Shown: positions 32,002 through 47,329 of the stretch, in pieces | How positions within the stretch are numbered: position 1 is the first letter of the stretch | How the letters are laid out: each line of letters begins with the position of its first letter | Assembly: GCA_049318345.1 (NCBI GenBank) | Contig: JBMOGN010000001.1 | Coordinates: 1-54,115 of the forward strand | Reading direction: 5' to 3' | Length of the DNA stretch: 54,115 nt | DNA from: Rubrivivax sp. | Lineage (GTDB): Bacteria > Pseudomonadota > Gammaproteobacteria > Burkholderiales > Burkholderiaceae_C | Program-made: the position numbers and the translations under genes | Notes under the pieces: model-generated | What the model saw: only the letters and a program-made list of their open reading frames with translations | The model's database searches: none | Told to the model about the DNA's origin: nothing

Positions 32002-33622
32002 ATGCAGCTCACGCTCTGGACCTACGAGGGCCCCCCGCACATCGGCGCCATGCGCGTGGCCACCGGCATGCGCGGTCTGCACTATGTACTGCATGCGCCG
32101 CAGGGCGATACCTACGCCGACCTGCTGTTCACGATGATCGAGCGGCGCGACCACCGCCCGCCGGTGACTTACACCACCTTCCAGGCCCGCGACCTGGGGT
32201 CGGACACCGCCGAGCTCTTCAAGACGGCGGTGCGCGAGGCCTACGAGCGCTTCAGACCCCAGGCGCTGATCGTCGGCGCCTCCTGCACGGCCGAGTTGAT
32301 CCAGGACGACCCCGGTGGCCTGGCGGCGGCGTTGCAGCTGCCCGTGCCGGTGGTGCCGCTGGAGCTGCCGGCCTACCAGCGCAAGGAGAACTGGGGTGCG
32401 AGCGAGACCTTCTACCAGCTGGTGAGGGCCCTTTGCGGACCCACCGCGCCAGCCCCGGGCACGAGGCGCAGCGTCTGTGCCGGGCGCCGCGCCACCTGCA
32501 ACATCCTCGGCCCCACTGCGCTGGGTTTCCGTCACCGCGACGACCTGCGCGAAGTGCGCTCCCTCCTGGAGCGGCTGGGCGTGGAGGTGAGTGTGGTGGC
32601 GCCCTGGGACTGCACGCCGGCAGATCTGCGGCGCCTGGGAGAGGCCGACTTCAACGTCGTGCTCTACCCGGAGGTCGGGATGCAGGCGGCTCAATGGCTG
32701 TCACGCAACTTCGGCCAGCCGATGGTCCGCACCGTCCCGATCGGGGTGGGCGCCACGCGCGACTTCATCCAGGAAGTGGCTTCGCTGGCCGGGGTGGATC
32801 CCCAGGGCGTGCTGGACGATCCCCGCTCGCGCTCGACCTGGTACGCGCGCTCGGTGGACTCCACCTACCTCACCGGTAAGCGCGTGTTCATCTTCGGGGA
32901 TGCCACGCATGCCGTGGCGGCTGCACGCGTGGCCACGAAGGAACTGGGCTTTCAGGTCGTGGGCCTGGGCACCTACAGCCGCGAGCTTGCCCGGGAGGTC
33001 CGGGAGGCCGCTGCGCTGTACGGCGTGCAGGCGCTGATCACCGACGACTATCTCGAGGTCGAGGCGCGGGTGGCCGAGCTGCAGCCCGAGCTCGTGCTCG
33101 GCACCCAGATGGAGCGCCACATCGCCAAGCGCCTGGGCATTCCCTGCGCCGTGATCTCCGCCCCGATGCACGTGCAGGACTTCCCGGCGCGGCACTCACC
33201 GCAGATGGGGTTCGAAGGTGCAAACGTGCTCTTCGACACCTGGGTGCACCCGCTGATGATGGGCCTGGAGGAGCACCTGCTGACGATGTTCCGGGGTGAC
33301 TTCGAATTCCACGATGCCGCGCCCGCCTCGCACCTCGGGTCGGGCCAGGTTCCCAGGCCGGCGGTTGCGGCGCAGCCGCTCCAGGCGCCCGAGCAGCCCG
33401 AACAGCTCGAGCAGCCGGAGCAGCCGGAGCAGCCTGAACTGTCCGAGCAGCCCGAGCCGGCCGCCGTGGTGCTGCGTTCCGTCCCGGCCGTGCTGCGATG
33501 GGCCGACGAGGCCGAGCGCGAGCTCCACAAGATCCCGTTCTTCGTGCGCGGCAAGGCCCGTCGCAACACCGAGCGCTTCGCAACCGAGCGTGGTCTCGCC
33601 ACCATCACCGTTGACACCCTCT

Positions 33623-33651
<29 letters not shown>
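32002..33651 (+). CDS. bchB: Dark-operative protochlorophyllide reductase subunit B
   Basis: [26 protein letters not shown] and C-terminal KIPFFVRGK motifs. Confidence 0.96.
33388..33459 (+). repeat. Degenerate 9-bp tandem repeat, 8 copies, encoding a (PEQ)n linker in BchB
   Basis: cccgagcag cccgaacag ctcgagcag ccggagcag ccggagcag cctgaactg tccgagcag cccgagccg. Confidence 0.8.
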
Positions 33652-38372
<4,721 letters not shown>

Positions 38373-38391
38373 GCCTCGCACACGCCTGACC

Positions 38392-39114
38392 ATGGACATC
38401 CGCCAGGGAAGCTACCAGCAGCGTCGCGGGCAGATCGAGGACTACTTCGATCGCACGGCGGTTCGCGCCTGGGAGCAGCTCACCTCCACGGCGCCGGTGG
38501 GGCGCATCCGCGCCACCGTGCGTGCCGGGCGCGACCGCATGCGCGCCACCCTGCTGGACTGGCTGCCGGCCTCGATGCAGGGCCTGCGCCTGCTGGATGC
38601 CGGGTGCGGCACGGCTGCGCTGGCAGTGGAGGCCGCGCGCCGTGGCGCCGAGGTGGTGGCCATCGACCTGTCCCCGCAGCTCGTGGACGTGGCGCGCCAG
38701 CGCATCGCCGAGCTGGAAGACGGCGCGCAGCTGCTGGCACGCATCGAGCTGCGCAGCGGCGACATGCTCGACCCGGCTCTCGGGCACTTCGACCATATCG
38801 TGGCGATGGACTCGCTCATCCACTACAGCATGGATGATGCGCTGCGGCTCCTGCAGGCCTGGGCGCCGCGCACGCGCGAGTCGATGGCCTTCACCTTTGC
38901 GCCGCGCAACCCGATGCTGGTGGCGATGCGTTCGGTGGGCAGCCTCTTTCCGCGCAGCAACCGGGCACCCTGGATCGAGCCGATGGCCGAGTCCGAGCTG
39001 CGCCGGCGCATCGACGCCGCCCTGCGCGACGCGGGCTGGCAGGCGCAGCGCACGCAACGCGTCTCCAGCGGCTTCTACACCTCGCAGGCCCTCAGGCTCG
39101 TGCGCGCATGCTGA
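38392..39114 (+). CDS. bchM: Mg-protoporphyrin IX methyltransferase
   Basis: YFDRTA, LDAGCGT, MDSLIHY and SGFYTS motifs. Confidence 0.96.
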   Translation: MDIRQGSYQQRRGQIEDYFDRTAVRAWEQLTSTAPVGRIRATVRAGRDRMRATLLDWLPASMQGLRLLDAGCGTAALAVEAARRGAEVVAIDLSPQLVDVARQRIAELEDGAQLLARIELRSGDMLDPALGHFDHIVAMDSLIHYSMDDALRLLQAWAPRTRESMAFTFAPRNPMLVAMRSVGSLFPRSNRAPWIEPMAESELRRRIDAALRDAGWQAQRTQRVSSGFYTSQALRLVRAC

Positions 39115-40565
39115 TCGACCTCCTCCACGGCCGCCTGCCGCGTATCGACTGGACGCGTGTGGCCTCGCGCTACCTGCCCTTTGCCGACGTCGCCACGCCG
39201 GAGCTGCCGCTGGGCCGCCTGGTGCGCCTGGCGCTCTTCCAGGTGACGGTGGGGATGGTGGCGGCTCTGACGGTGGGCACGCTCAACCGCGTCATGATCG
39301 TGGAGATCGGCGTGGGCGCCTGGCTGGTGGCCCTGATGGTGGCGTTGCCGCTGCTGGTTGCACCGTTTCGCGCCCTCATCGGCTGGAAGTCGGACCGCCA
39401 CCGCAGCGCCCTGGGCTGGCGGCGCGTGCCCTTCATCTGGATGGGCAGCGGGCTGCAGTTCGCGGGCCTGGCGATCATGCCGTTTGCCATCGTGCTGCTG
39501 GGCGGCGAGGGTCCGCTGCAGCTGTGGGCGGGCCACCTCGCGGCCTGCCTGGCCTTCCTGCTGGCCGGAGCCGGTGCGCAGACCGTCCAGACCGCGGGCC
39601 TGGCGCTGGCCACCGACCTGGCCACGCCGCGAACACGGCCTCGCATCGTCGCGCTCATGTACGTGATGCTGCTGCTGGGCATGCTGCTCAGCGGCCTGGT
39701 CTACAGCCTTCTGCTGGCCGATTACTCCGCCACCCGGCTCGTGCAAGTGGTGCAGGGCACGGCGGCGGCCACCCTGGTGCTGAATGTGGTGGCGGTGTGG
39801 AAGCAGGAGGCGCGGGACCGGTCCCGTGCTCGGCAGGCCGTACCGGACACCCCATTCCGGCAGGCCTGGGCCCGGTTCACCGCGAGCGGCCGCACTCCTC
39901 GTTTTCTGCTGGCAGTGGGGCTGGGTACGGCCGCGTTCAACATGCAGGACATCATCCTGGAGCCCTACGGCGCGCAGGTGCTCGGCCTGTCGGTGGGACA
40001 GACCTCGCTGCTCACGGGCCTGATGGCCGGCGGCTCGATTGCCGCCTGCGCGCTGGCCGCGCGGCTGCTCGCGCGCGGGGTCGACCCGCTTCGCCTGGCT
40101 GCGGGGGGTCTCTTGGCGGGCCTGGTTGCCTTCAGCCTGGTGGTCTTCGCCGACCCGATGCAGTCGCACGGGATGTTCCGCGCCGGGGTGGTGCTCATCG
40201 GCCTGGGCGGCGGACTGTTCTCGGTGGGCACGCTCAGCGCGGCCATGGCGCTGGACAGCGGCGGGCTGCACGGCATGGTTCTCGGAGCCTGGGGAGGCGT
40301 CGTGGCGACTGCGGCGGGTGCCTCGGTGGCGCTGGGTGGCGCCCTGCGCGATCTCGTCTCCACGCTCGGGCAGGCCGGAGCCCTCGGCGAGGTCCTGGCG
40401 ACGGCCGGGGCCGGCTACGGCTTCGTCTACCACCTCGAGATCACGCTCATGTTCGTCACGCTCGTCGTGCTCGGCCCGCTGGTGCGACACCGCCCCGCAG
40501 CCGCGCCCGGGCATCCATCCAGCGACAGCCCGCCCCGATTCGGGCTGGCCGAGTTTCCCGGCTGA
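39108..40565 (+). CDS. lhaA: LH1 assembly protein (PucC/BCD family)
   Basis: LPFADVATPELPLGRLVRLALFQV, GLALATDLA and QDIILEPYG motifs; between bchM and puhA. Confidence 0.92.
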   Translation: MLIDLLHGRLPRIDWTRVASRYLPFADVATPELPLGRLVRLALFQVTVGMVAALTVGTLNRVMIVEIGVGAWLVALMVALPLLVAPFRALIGWKSDRHRSALGWRRVPFIWMGSGLQFAGLAIMPFAIVLLGGEGPLQLWAGHLAACLAFLLAGAGAQTVQTAGLALATDLATPRTRPRIVALMYVMLLLGMLLSGLVYSLLLADYSATRLVQVVQGTAAATLVLNVVAVWKQEARDRSRARQAVPDTPFRQAWARFTASGRTPRFLLAVGLGTAAFNMQDIILEPYGAQVLGLSVGQTSLLTGLMAGGSIAACALAARLLARGVDPLRLAAGGLLAGLVAFSLVVFADPMQSHGMFRAGVVLIGLGGGLFSVGTLSAAMALDSGGLHGMVLGAWGGVVATAAGASVALGGALRDLVSTLGQAGALGEVLATAGAGYGFVYHLEITLMFVTLVVLGPLVRHRPAAAPGHPSSDSPPRFGLAEFPG

Positions 40566-40617
40566 CCGCAGCCCTCACCCGACACCCGATACCCGATAAC
40601 CCGACAGGAGCACGCCC

Positions 40618-41376
40618 ATGGGAACCGGAGCCATCACTTCTTACGTCGACGTCGCGCAGCTCGTGCTGTACGCCTTCTGGTTGTTCTTCGCCGGCGTCAT
40701 CTACTACCTCGTGCGGGAGAACCGCCGCGAGGGCTATCCGCTGGAGACCTGGCGCGGGCCGCAGGCCGAGGGCTGGATCCCCATGCCCGACCCCAAGACC
40801 TACCTCCTGGCAGACGGTCACACGGTGACCGCACCCAGTGGCGCAGCACCGCTGCGCAACTTCCAGGGCGAGCGGACCCAGGGCTCGGACGGCACCCCCA
40901 TCGACCCCGTGGGCAACCCGCTGCTGGCAGGCGTGGGGCCGGGCGCCTGGACCGAGCGTGCCGATCATCCCGACCTCGACCACCACGGCGAGGCCAAGAT
41001 CCGGCCGCTGTCCACGGTACCCGAGTGCGGGGTGAGCGACCGCGACCCCGACCCGCGCGGCATGAAGCTCATGGACGCGAACGATGAGGAAGTCGGGACC
41101 GTGCGCGACCTGTGGCTGGACGTGCCCGAAATGGTCTTCCGCTACGTCGAGGTGGAACTGGCCGACGGCTCCCGTCGGGCCCTGGTGCCGATGACCTTCT
41201 GCCGCGTCACGCAGGAGCGGGTGAAGGTGCATGCGCTGCTCGCCTCGCAGTACGCCGACGTGCCCGCCACCCGCGCGGCTGACCGCATCACGCTGCTGGA
41301 GGAAGAGCGCATCTGCGCCTACTTCGGCGCCGGCCTGCTGTACGCCGAGCCGTCCCGCCTGGAGCCGCTGGTATGA
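40618..41376 (+). CDS. puhA: Reaction centre H subunit
   Basis: DVAQLVLYAFW, ENRREGYP, GNPLLAGVGPGAW, DPDPRG and ITLLEEE motifs. Confidence 0.96.
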   Translation: MGTGAITSYVDVAQLVLYAFWLFFAGVIYYLVRENRREGYPLETWRGPQAEGWIPMPDPKTYLLADGHTVTAPSGAAPLRNFQGERTQGSDGTPIDPVGNPLLAGVGPGAWTERADHPDLDHHGEAKIRPLSTVPECGVSDRDPDPRGMKLMDANDEEVGTVRDLWLDVPEMVFRYVEVELADGSRRALVPMTFCRVTQERVKVHALLASQYADVPATRAADRITLLEEERICAYFGAGLLYAEPSRLEPLV

Positions 41377-42083
41377 GACCGGTCCTCAGGACGCCCGAGC
41401 GCGCCCCCGAGCACGAGCTCGAGGCGCAGCGCGGCCTGCCCGAGAAGCTGCCCGAGGGCGAGCGCATCCTGTGGCAGGGTCAGCCTCAGGCCGGCCTCGT
41501 CGCGCGCCGCATCTTCCACCTGCCCGTGCTGGCGCTGTACTTCACGGGCCTGCTGGCGTGGCGGCTGGCCGTGCTGGTAAACGATGGAAGCGACCTGCTG
41601 CAGGCCCTGCGCGGCTCGCTGGGGCAGATCCTGCTGTCGGCCACGGCCCTGGCGATCGTGGCCGTCCTGGCCAGGCTGACCTCCTCCACCACCGTCTACA
41701 CCCTCACGGACAGGCGCGTGGTGATGCGCGTCGGCATCGTCCTGACCGTGACCTACAACCTGCCCCTTCGCAGCATCGATGCCGCCCACCTGCTGCGCCT
41801 GGGCAAGGGATGCGGGGAGATCGCGCTGGCCTTGCGGGGCGACACCCGCATCGCCTACCTGCACCTGTGGCCGCATGCCCGGCCCTGGCAGCTGCAGCGT
41901 ACGCAGCCCATGCTGCGTGGCCTGCAGGACGTCGAGCGTGTGTCCGCGCTGCTGAGTGCAGCGTGGTCGACCGCCAATGCCCAGCCCGCGGTGGCCACAC
42001 AGCCGCGCCGTGCCGATGAGCGGGCCGACGAGCGGCATCCGGCTTCCGTCACCGGCCTGGGCGCCGGCGCCGGCGCGGCCTGA
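41373..42083 (+). CDS. puhB: Photosynthetic complex assembly protein PuhB
   Basis: [32 protein letters not shown] and LWPHARPW motifs. Confidence 0.93.
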   Translation: MRPVLRTPERAPEHELEAQRGLPEKLPEGERILWQGQPQAGLVARRIFHLPVLALYFTGLLAWRLAVLVNDGSDLLQALRGSLGQILLSATALAIVAVLARLTSSTTVYTLTDRRVVMRVGIVLTVTYNLPLRSIDAAHLLRLGKGCGEIALALRGDTRIAYLHLWPHARPWQLQRTQPMLRGLQDVERVSALLSAAWSTANAQPAVATQPRRADERADERHPASVTGLGAGAGAA

Positions 42084-42088
42084 GCACC

Positions 42089-42571
42089 ATGACCACCCAC
42101 AGCCTGGACACCCGCCCCGCCACTGCGTCCGCCATTCCGGCCTGGGCGCCGTGGGTGGCCGGCGCCGCACTGCTGGTGCTGCTGCTGGGCGTTGCGGGTC
42201 TGCGCCTGGGTGGCTGGAATCCCGCCCAGCCGCCGGGTGCTGCGCTCGTGGAGCGTCCGCTGCGCTTTGCCGACACCGCCGATGGCGGGGTGGCGGTGAT
42301 CGACCACGATACCGGCGAGCGCGTCGCCCTCCTGCACGGCGAACAGGGCTTCGTGCGTGGCGTGCTGCGTGGCCTCGCGCGCGAGCGCCGGCAGCAGGCG
42401 GTTTCCGTGCAGCGCCCCTACCTGCTGAGCCTGCACGAGGACGGTCGCCTGCTCATCCGCGACGAGTCCACCGGCCGGCGCATCGACCTGGCCTCCTTCG
42501 GCCCCGACAACGCAGCCGTGTTCCTGCGCTGGCTGCCTCCCCGTTCAACTCCAGGAGCGAACCCGCCATGA
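42089..42571 (+). CDS. puhC: Photosynthetic complex assembly protein PuhC
   Basis: [19 protein letters not shown] and [10 protein letters not shown] motifs. Confidence 0.93.
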   Translation: MTTHSLDTRPATASAIPAWAPWVAGAALLVLLLGVAGLRLGGWNPAQPPGAALVERPLRFADTADGGVAVIDHDTGERVALLHGEQGFVRGVLRGLARERRQQAVSVQRPYLLSLHEDGRLLIRDESTGRRIDLASFGPDNAAVFLRWLPPRSTPGANPP

Positions 42572-43632
42572 GTGCCACCGAGTCCCTGCACAGCGCCGAT
42601 GAGGTGCTGCAGCGCGCCCGCACCGACAACCTCATCAGCCCGCGCTTCTACACCACCGACTTCGACGCCATGAACCGGCTGGACGTCTCCAGCCTGCGCC
42701 GGGAGTGGGACGCGATGCTTGCCGAGTACGAGGGCGACAACAACCACGACCACTTCAAGCGCGACGACACCTTCGCCCAGGAGATCCGCACCCTCGACCC
42801 GGAGCTGCACAGCGAGTTCCTCGACTTCCTCGTGAGCTCGATCACCTCGGAGTACTCCGGCTGCGTGCTCTACAACGAGATCCGCAGGAAGGTCGACAAC
42901 CCCGACATCAAGCAGCTGATGACCTACCTGACGCGCGACGAGTCCCGCCACGCGAACTTCATCAACATGAGCCTGCGCGACTACGGTCTGGCGGTGGACC
43001 TGCAGGCGCTCAAGGCCACCAAGGCCTACACCTACTTCAAGCCCAAGTACATCTTCTACGCCACCTACCTGTCGGAGAAGATCGGCTACGCGCGCTACAT
43101 CACGATCTACCGCCAGCTCGAGCGCCACCCCGAGCTGCGTTTCCACCCCATCTTCCGCTGGTTCGAGCGCTGGTGCAACGACGAGTTCCGCCATGGCGAG
43201 AGCTTCGCGCTGATCATGCGCGCCAATCCCCACCTGCTGCAGGGCCTGAACCTGTACTGGGTCCGCTTCTTCCTGCTGGCGGTGTACGCGACGATGTTCG
43301 TGCGCGACCACACCCGGCCCATCCTGCACCGCGCCATGGGGCTGGAGCCCGACGAATACGACTACCGCGTCTTCGAGATCACCACCGAGATCTCGCGTCA
43401 GGTCTTCCCGGTCTCGCTGGACACCGACTCGCCGGCCTTCCGTGCCGGCCTGGCGAGCCTGGTCCAGGCGCGCATCCGTTTCGACGCGGGGCGCGAGCGA
43501 GGCGGGCTGACGGGGCGGCTGCAGCAGGCCGCGGCTGCCCTGTCCGGCGGGCTGACCTTCCTGAAGCTGTACTTCCACCCGGTCAAGCGCCACGACCTGC
43601 CCGCGCAGATCCGCGTGGCGCCGGTGTGGTGA
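42568..43632 (+). CDS. acsF: O2-dependent Mg-protoporphyrin IX monomethyl ester cyclase
   Basis: [18 protein letters not shown], di-iron motifs DESRH and DEFRH, and [15 protein letters not shown]. Confidence 0.97.
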   Translation: MSATESLHSADEVLQRARTDNLISPRFYTTDFDAMNRLDVSSLRREWDAMLAEYEGDNNHDHFKRDDTFAQEIRTLDPELHSEFLDFLVSSITSEYSGCVLYNEIRRKVDNPDIKQLMTYLTRDESRHANFINMSLRDYGLAVDLQALKATKAYTYFKPKYIFYATYLSEKIGYARYITIYRQLERHPELRFHPIFRWFERWCNDEFRHGESFALIMRANPHLLQGLNLYWVRFFLLAVYATMFVRDHTRPILHRAMGLEPDEYDYRVFEITTEISRQVFPVSLDTDSPAFRAGLASLVQARIRFDAGRERGGLTGRLQQAAAALSGGLTFLKLYFHPVKRHDLPAQIRVAPVW

Positions 43633-43639
43633 GCCGCTC

Positions 43640-44407
43640 ATGACCGACTACGCCCTGCCGCTCGTCGTCGCGCTGCTGCTGTGGTGGGCGGGCACGGGCG
43701 CGGTCCTGCTCCTGGACCGTCTGCCGCGGCACATGGGTGCGTTTGCCTTCTTCGTGGCCTCGCTGGCCACGGTGGCGGCGCTGGCCTGCATCGGACACTC
43801 GGCCCATGATGCCGGTGTCAGCGGGGCCTACGCGGGCTTCTCCTGCGCCATCCTGGTGTGGGGCTGGCACGAGTTCACGTTCCTCTCCGGATGGATCACC
43901 GGACCGCGCCGCGACGGCGTCACCCCGGGAGCGGCCCCGCTCAGGCGCCTGTCCGAGGCGGTGCAGGTGCTGCTGTGGCACGAGATTGCCCTGCTCGTGA
44001 CCGCTGCCACGCTATGGATCTGGCTCGGGCGCAGCCAGAACCCGGTGGCCGCATGGACCTTCACGCTGCTGTACGTCATGCGCGTGTCGGCGAAGGTGAA
44101 CCTCTACCTGGGCGTGCGCAACCTGTCGCTGGAGTTCCTGCCGGCGCACCTCAGCTACCTCGGCAGCTACTTTCGCACGCGCCGCTTCAACGGCCTGATG
44201 CCGTGGTCGCTGCTGGCAGGCGTGGTGTGCTCGGTGTGGCTTGTCGAGGCGGCCTCGGCTGCCGGGCCCGGGCGGCGCGCGGCGCTGATGCTGCTGGTGT
44301 CGATGCTCGGCCTGGCACTGATCGAGCATCTGATGATGGTCCTGCCGATGCAGCCTGCCGCGTTGTGGCGCTGGGCGCTGAAGCGACGGGTGGTGGCGCT
44401 GCGCTGA
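43640..44407 (+). CDS. puhE: Photosynthetic complex assembly protein PuhE
   Basis: WWAGTG, WGWHE, GWITGP, SAKVNLYLGV and EHLMMVLP motifs; multi-pass membrane protein. Confidence 0.92.
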   Translation: MTDYALPLVVALLLWWAGTGAVLLLDRLPRHMGAFAFFVASLATVAALACIGHSAHDAGVSGAYAGFSCAILVWGWHEFTFLSGWITGPRRDGVTPGAAPLRRLSEAVQVLLWHEIALLVTAATLWIWLGRSQNPVAAWTFTLLYVMRVSAKVNLYLGVRNLSLEFLPAHLSYLGSYFRTRRFNGLMPWSLLAGVVCSVWLVEAASAAGPGRRAALMLLVSMLGLALIEHLMMVLPMQPAALWRWALKRRVVALR

Positions 44408-44454
44408 GCGCGCGCCGCCGGTTGCCACATACAAGGACGGGAGACGGACGAACG

Positions 44455-46035
44455 ATGAAGGTCGACCTGTATCCCGCCGGGGGCGGGCCGGCGGTCTCCC
44501 AGGGCGGCCCCACTGCCCTGGTGATCGGCAGCGGATTCGGGGGACTGGCTGCGGCCATCCGGCTGAGCGTGCGCGGCTGGCGCGTGCAGGTGCTCGAGCG
44601 CCTGCCCACGCCCGGCGGACGTGCCCGGGTTCACGAGCAGGACGGCTTCCGCTTTGACGCCGGCCCCACGATCATCACCGTGCCCCAGTTCTTCGAGGAA
44701 CTGTGGCAGCTGGCGGGGCGCCGCCTCGAGGACGATGTGAAGCTCGTGTCGCTGGACCCGTACTACCGCATCCGCTTCCACGACGGGCGCTGGTTCGACT
44801 ACAGCGGCGACCAGGCCCACATGCGAGCCGAGGTGGCTCGCTTCTGCCCTGCGGACCTGCCTGGCTACGAACGGCTCGTGCAGGAGTCGGACATCTGCTA
44901 CCGCGAGGGCTTCGAGAAGCTGGGCACCGTAGCCTTCGACAATATCGGCCACCTCGCCGCCGCGCTGCCGAACATGGTGCGCATGCGCGCGTGGCGCTCG
45001 ATCTGGCAGCTGGTGTGCGCGCACCTGAAGGACCCGTGCCTGCGCCAGGTGTTCAGCTTCCACCCGTTGCTCATCGGCGGCAACCCGCTGAAGGTCACCT
45101 CCTCCTACAGCCTCATTCACAGTCTCGAGCGGCAGTTCGGCGTGCACTGGGCCATGGGCGGCACGGGCGCGCTCGTGCGCGGCATGGTCAGGCTGCTGGC
45201 TTCCCGAGGCGTGCAGGTGCGATGCCAGGCCGACGTCAGCCGCATCGTCGTCGAGGACGGTCGCGCCACGGGCGTGGAGCTTGCCTCGGGGGAGCGCCTG
45301 GCGGCCGACATCGTGGTCAGCAACGCCGACACGGCCTGGACCTACCGGCACCTGCTGCCTGGCGTGCGCCGCCGCGTCTGGACCGACCGCAAGCTCGAGC
45401 GCGCGAAGTACTCGATGAGCCTGTTCGTGTGGTACTTCGGCACAGACCGGCGCTGGGACGACGTGCCCCACCACCAGATCCTGCTCGGCCCGAGGTACGA
45501 GGGGTTGCTCACGGACATGTTCCTGAAGCATCGCCTGGCCGACGACTTCAGCCTGTACCTGCACCGCCCGAGCGCCACCGATCCGTCCGTGGCTCCGGCC
45601 GGCTGCGATGCCTTCTACGTGCTGGCCCCGGTGCCGCACCTGGACAGCGGCGTGGACTGGGCCGAGCGCGCTGAGCGCTACCGACAGCAGGTGCAGGCGC
45701 ATCTGGAGGCCACCGTCCTGCCCGGGTTGTCCGGCCACGTGGTGACCTCCCGCGTCACCACGCCACAGCACTTCCAGGACGAACTGCTGTCGTTCAAGGG
45801 CGCAGCCTTCGGCATGGAGCCGCGCCTGCTGCAGAGCGCCTGGTTCCGGCCACACAACCGCAGCGAGGACGTGAAGGGGCTGTACATGGTGGGCGCGGGC
45901 ACCCACCCGGGCGCCGGTGTGCCCGGGGTGCTGATGTCGGCCAAGGCGCTGGAGACCGTGCTGCCCCCTCTGCCGCAACACGCCGATGTGGCAGTGTCGC
46001 AGGCAGCCTTCAGCACCTCCTGGGGCACACGATGA
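44455..46035 (+). CDS. crtI: Phytoene desaturase
   Basis: VIGSGFGGLAAA, FDAGPTIIT, SFHPLLIGGNP and GAGTHPGAGVPGV motifs. Confidence 0.95.
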   Translation: MKVDLYPAGGGPAVSQGGPTALVIGSGFGGLAAAIRLSVRGWRVQVLERLPTPGGRARVHEQDGFRFDAGPTIITVPQFFEELWQLAGRRLEDDVKLVSLDPYYRIRFHDGRWFDYSGDQAHMRAEVARFCPADLPGYERLVQESDICYREGFEKLGTVAFDNIGHLAAALPNMVRMRAWRSIWQLVCAHLKDPCLRQVFSFHPLLIGGNPLKVTSSYSLIHSLERQFGVHWAMGGTGALVRGMVRLLASRGVQVRCQADVSRIVVEDGRATGVELASGERLAADIVVSNADTAWTYRHLLPGVRRRVWTDRKLERAKYSMSLFVWYFGTDRRWDDVPHHQILLGPRYEGLLTDMFLKHRLADDFSLYLHRPSATDPSVAPAGCDAFYVLAPVPHLDSGVDWAERAERYRQQVQAHLEATVLPGLSGHVVTSRVTTPQHFQDELLSFKGAAFGMEPRLLQSAWFRPHNRSEDVKGLYMVGAGTHPGAGVPGVLMSAKALETVLPPLPQHADVAVSQAAFSTSWGTR

Positions 46036-47078
46036 GCGCGACGATCGAGATGCCCGCCCGCGAAGCCGGCCCCGCCGACCTGCAGGCATGCCGCCGGCTG
46101 ATGAAGGGCGGCTCGAAGTCCTTCTTCACCGCCTCTCTGCTGCTGCCCGCGCGCGTGCGCGCGCCGGCCACGGCGCTGTACGCCTTCTGCCGGGTGGCCG
46201 ACGACGCGATCGACGACAGTCCCGATCCCCGGCGCGCGGCGGCGGAGCTCCACCGCCGGCTGGACGCGATCTACGCCGGCGCACCGGGGCCGCACCTGGC
46301 CGACCGGGCGCTGGCCTGTGTCGTGCGCAGCCACGACTTGCCCCGTACGCCGCTGGACGCGCTGCTCGAGGGCTTCGAGTGGGATGTATGCGGCCGCCGT
46401 TACGAGACCATCGAGGACATCCATGCCTACGGCGCGCGCGTGGCCGGCACGGTCGGGCTGATGATGGCGCTGGTCATGGAGACGCGCGAGCGCGCGGCGC
46501 TGGCGCGAGCCTGCGAACTGGGCGTGGCCATGCAGCTGACCAACATCGCCCGCGATGTCGGTGAAGATGCGCGCATGGGCCGCCTGTACCTGCCCGAGGC
46601 GTGGATGCGCGAGGCCGGCCTGGACCCGCGTGCGTGGCTCGAGCGGCCGGTGTTCAGTCCGGCGCTGGCCAGCGTGGTGGCCAGGCTGCTCGACGAGGCC
46701 GAGCGGCTGTACCGGCGCGCCGAATGCGGGGTGGGGGCCCTGCCTCGGGACTGTCGCCCGGGCATCCAGGCTGCGCGACTGGTTTATGGCGAGATCGGCC
46801 ACGCCCTGGCGGCATCGGGCCTCGACTCCGTCGGGAGACGCACGGTGGTGCCGCGTCGGCGCCAACTGGCCCTCGTGGGTCGTGCGATGCTGGCCAGCGT
46901 GGTGCGCCCCGGTCACCCCATGACCGAAGGTGCCTCGCAGGAACCGCTGGAGGCCGTGCGCTTCCTGGTCGATGCGGCAAGCAGCGGCGTGCTGCCCCGG
47001 CGCACCTTCTACCAGCGCACCGTCAGGGTGCTGGATCTCTTCGAGCGCGTGGGCCTGAGGCAGCGCGACGCGGCATGA
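46032..47078 (+). CDS. crtB: Phytoene synthase
   Basis: GSKSF, LYAFCRVADDAID, VAGTVG and QLTNIARDVGED motifs. Confidence 0.96.
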   Translation: MSATIEMPAREAGPADLQACRRLMKGGSKSFFTASLLLPARVRAPATALYAFCRVADDAIDDSPDPRRAAAELHRRLDAIYAGAPGPHLADRALACVVRSHDLPRTPLDALLEGFEWDVCGRRYETIEDIHAYGARVAGTVGLMMALVMETRERAALARACELGVAMQLTNIARDVGEDARMGRLYLPEAWMREAGLDPRAWLERPVFSPALASVVARLLDEAERLYRRAECGVGALPRDCRPGIQAARLVYGEIGHALAASGLDSVGRRTVVPRRRQLALVGRAMLASVVRPGHPMTEGASQEPLEAVRFLVDAASSGVLPRRTFYQRTVRVLDLFERVGLRQRDAA

Positions 47079-47269
47079 TGGCCCGCAGTCTGCTGGTGCT
47101 GCTGTACCTCGCCGCCGCCCTGGCCGGTGGCCTGGGCGGATTGAGCTTCGGGCTGCAGGCGGGTGGCGGGTGGCCGCTGGCCGTCGTCGCAGCGCTGTGC
47201 GGCACGCTGTTCTGCACCATCATGGTGGACGCGCTCGCTGACCGCCTGGCTGCACGCCGGCGACGCTGA
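47075..47269 (+). CDS. Hypothetical 64-aa two-helix membrane protein
   Basis: ATGA overlap with the crtB stop; two hydrophobic stretches and a C-terminal RRRR. Confidence 0.6.
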   Translation: MMARSLLVLLYLAAALAGGLGGLSFGLQAGGGWPLAVVAALCGTLFCTIMVDALADRLAARRRR

Positions 47270-47279
47270 AACCAGGCCG

Positions 47280-47324
47280 CCCGGCCAGTCGGCTGATTGG
47301 CCGGGCACACCCCTGCGGGTGTGC
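47280..47324. terminator. Paired hairpins between convergent operons
   Basis: CCCGGCCAGTC-GGCT-GATTGGCCGGG followed by GCACACC-CCTGCG-GGTGTGC. Confidence 0.55.
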
Positions 47325-47329
47325 CGCGC

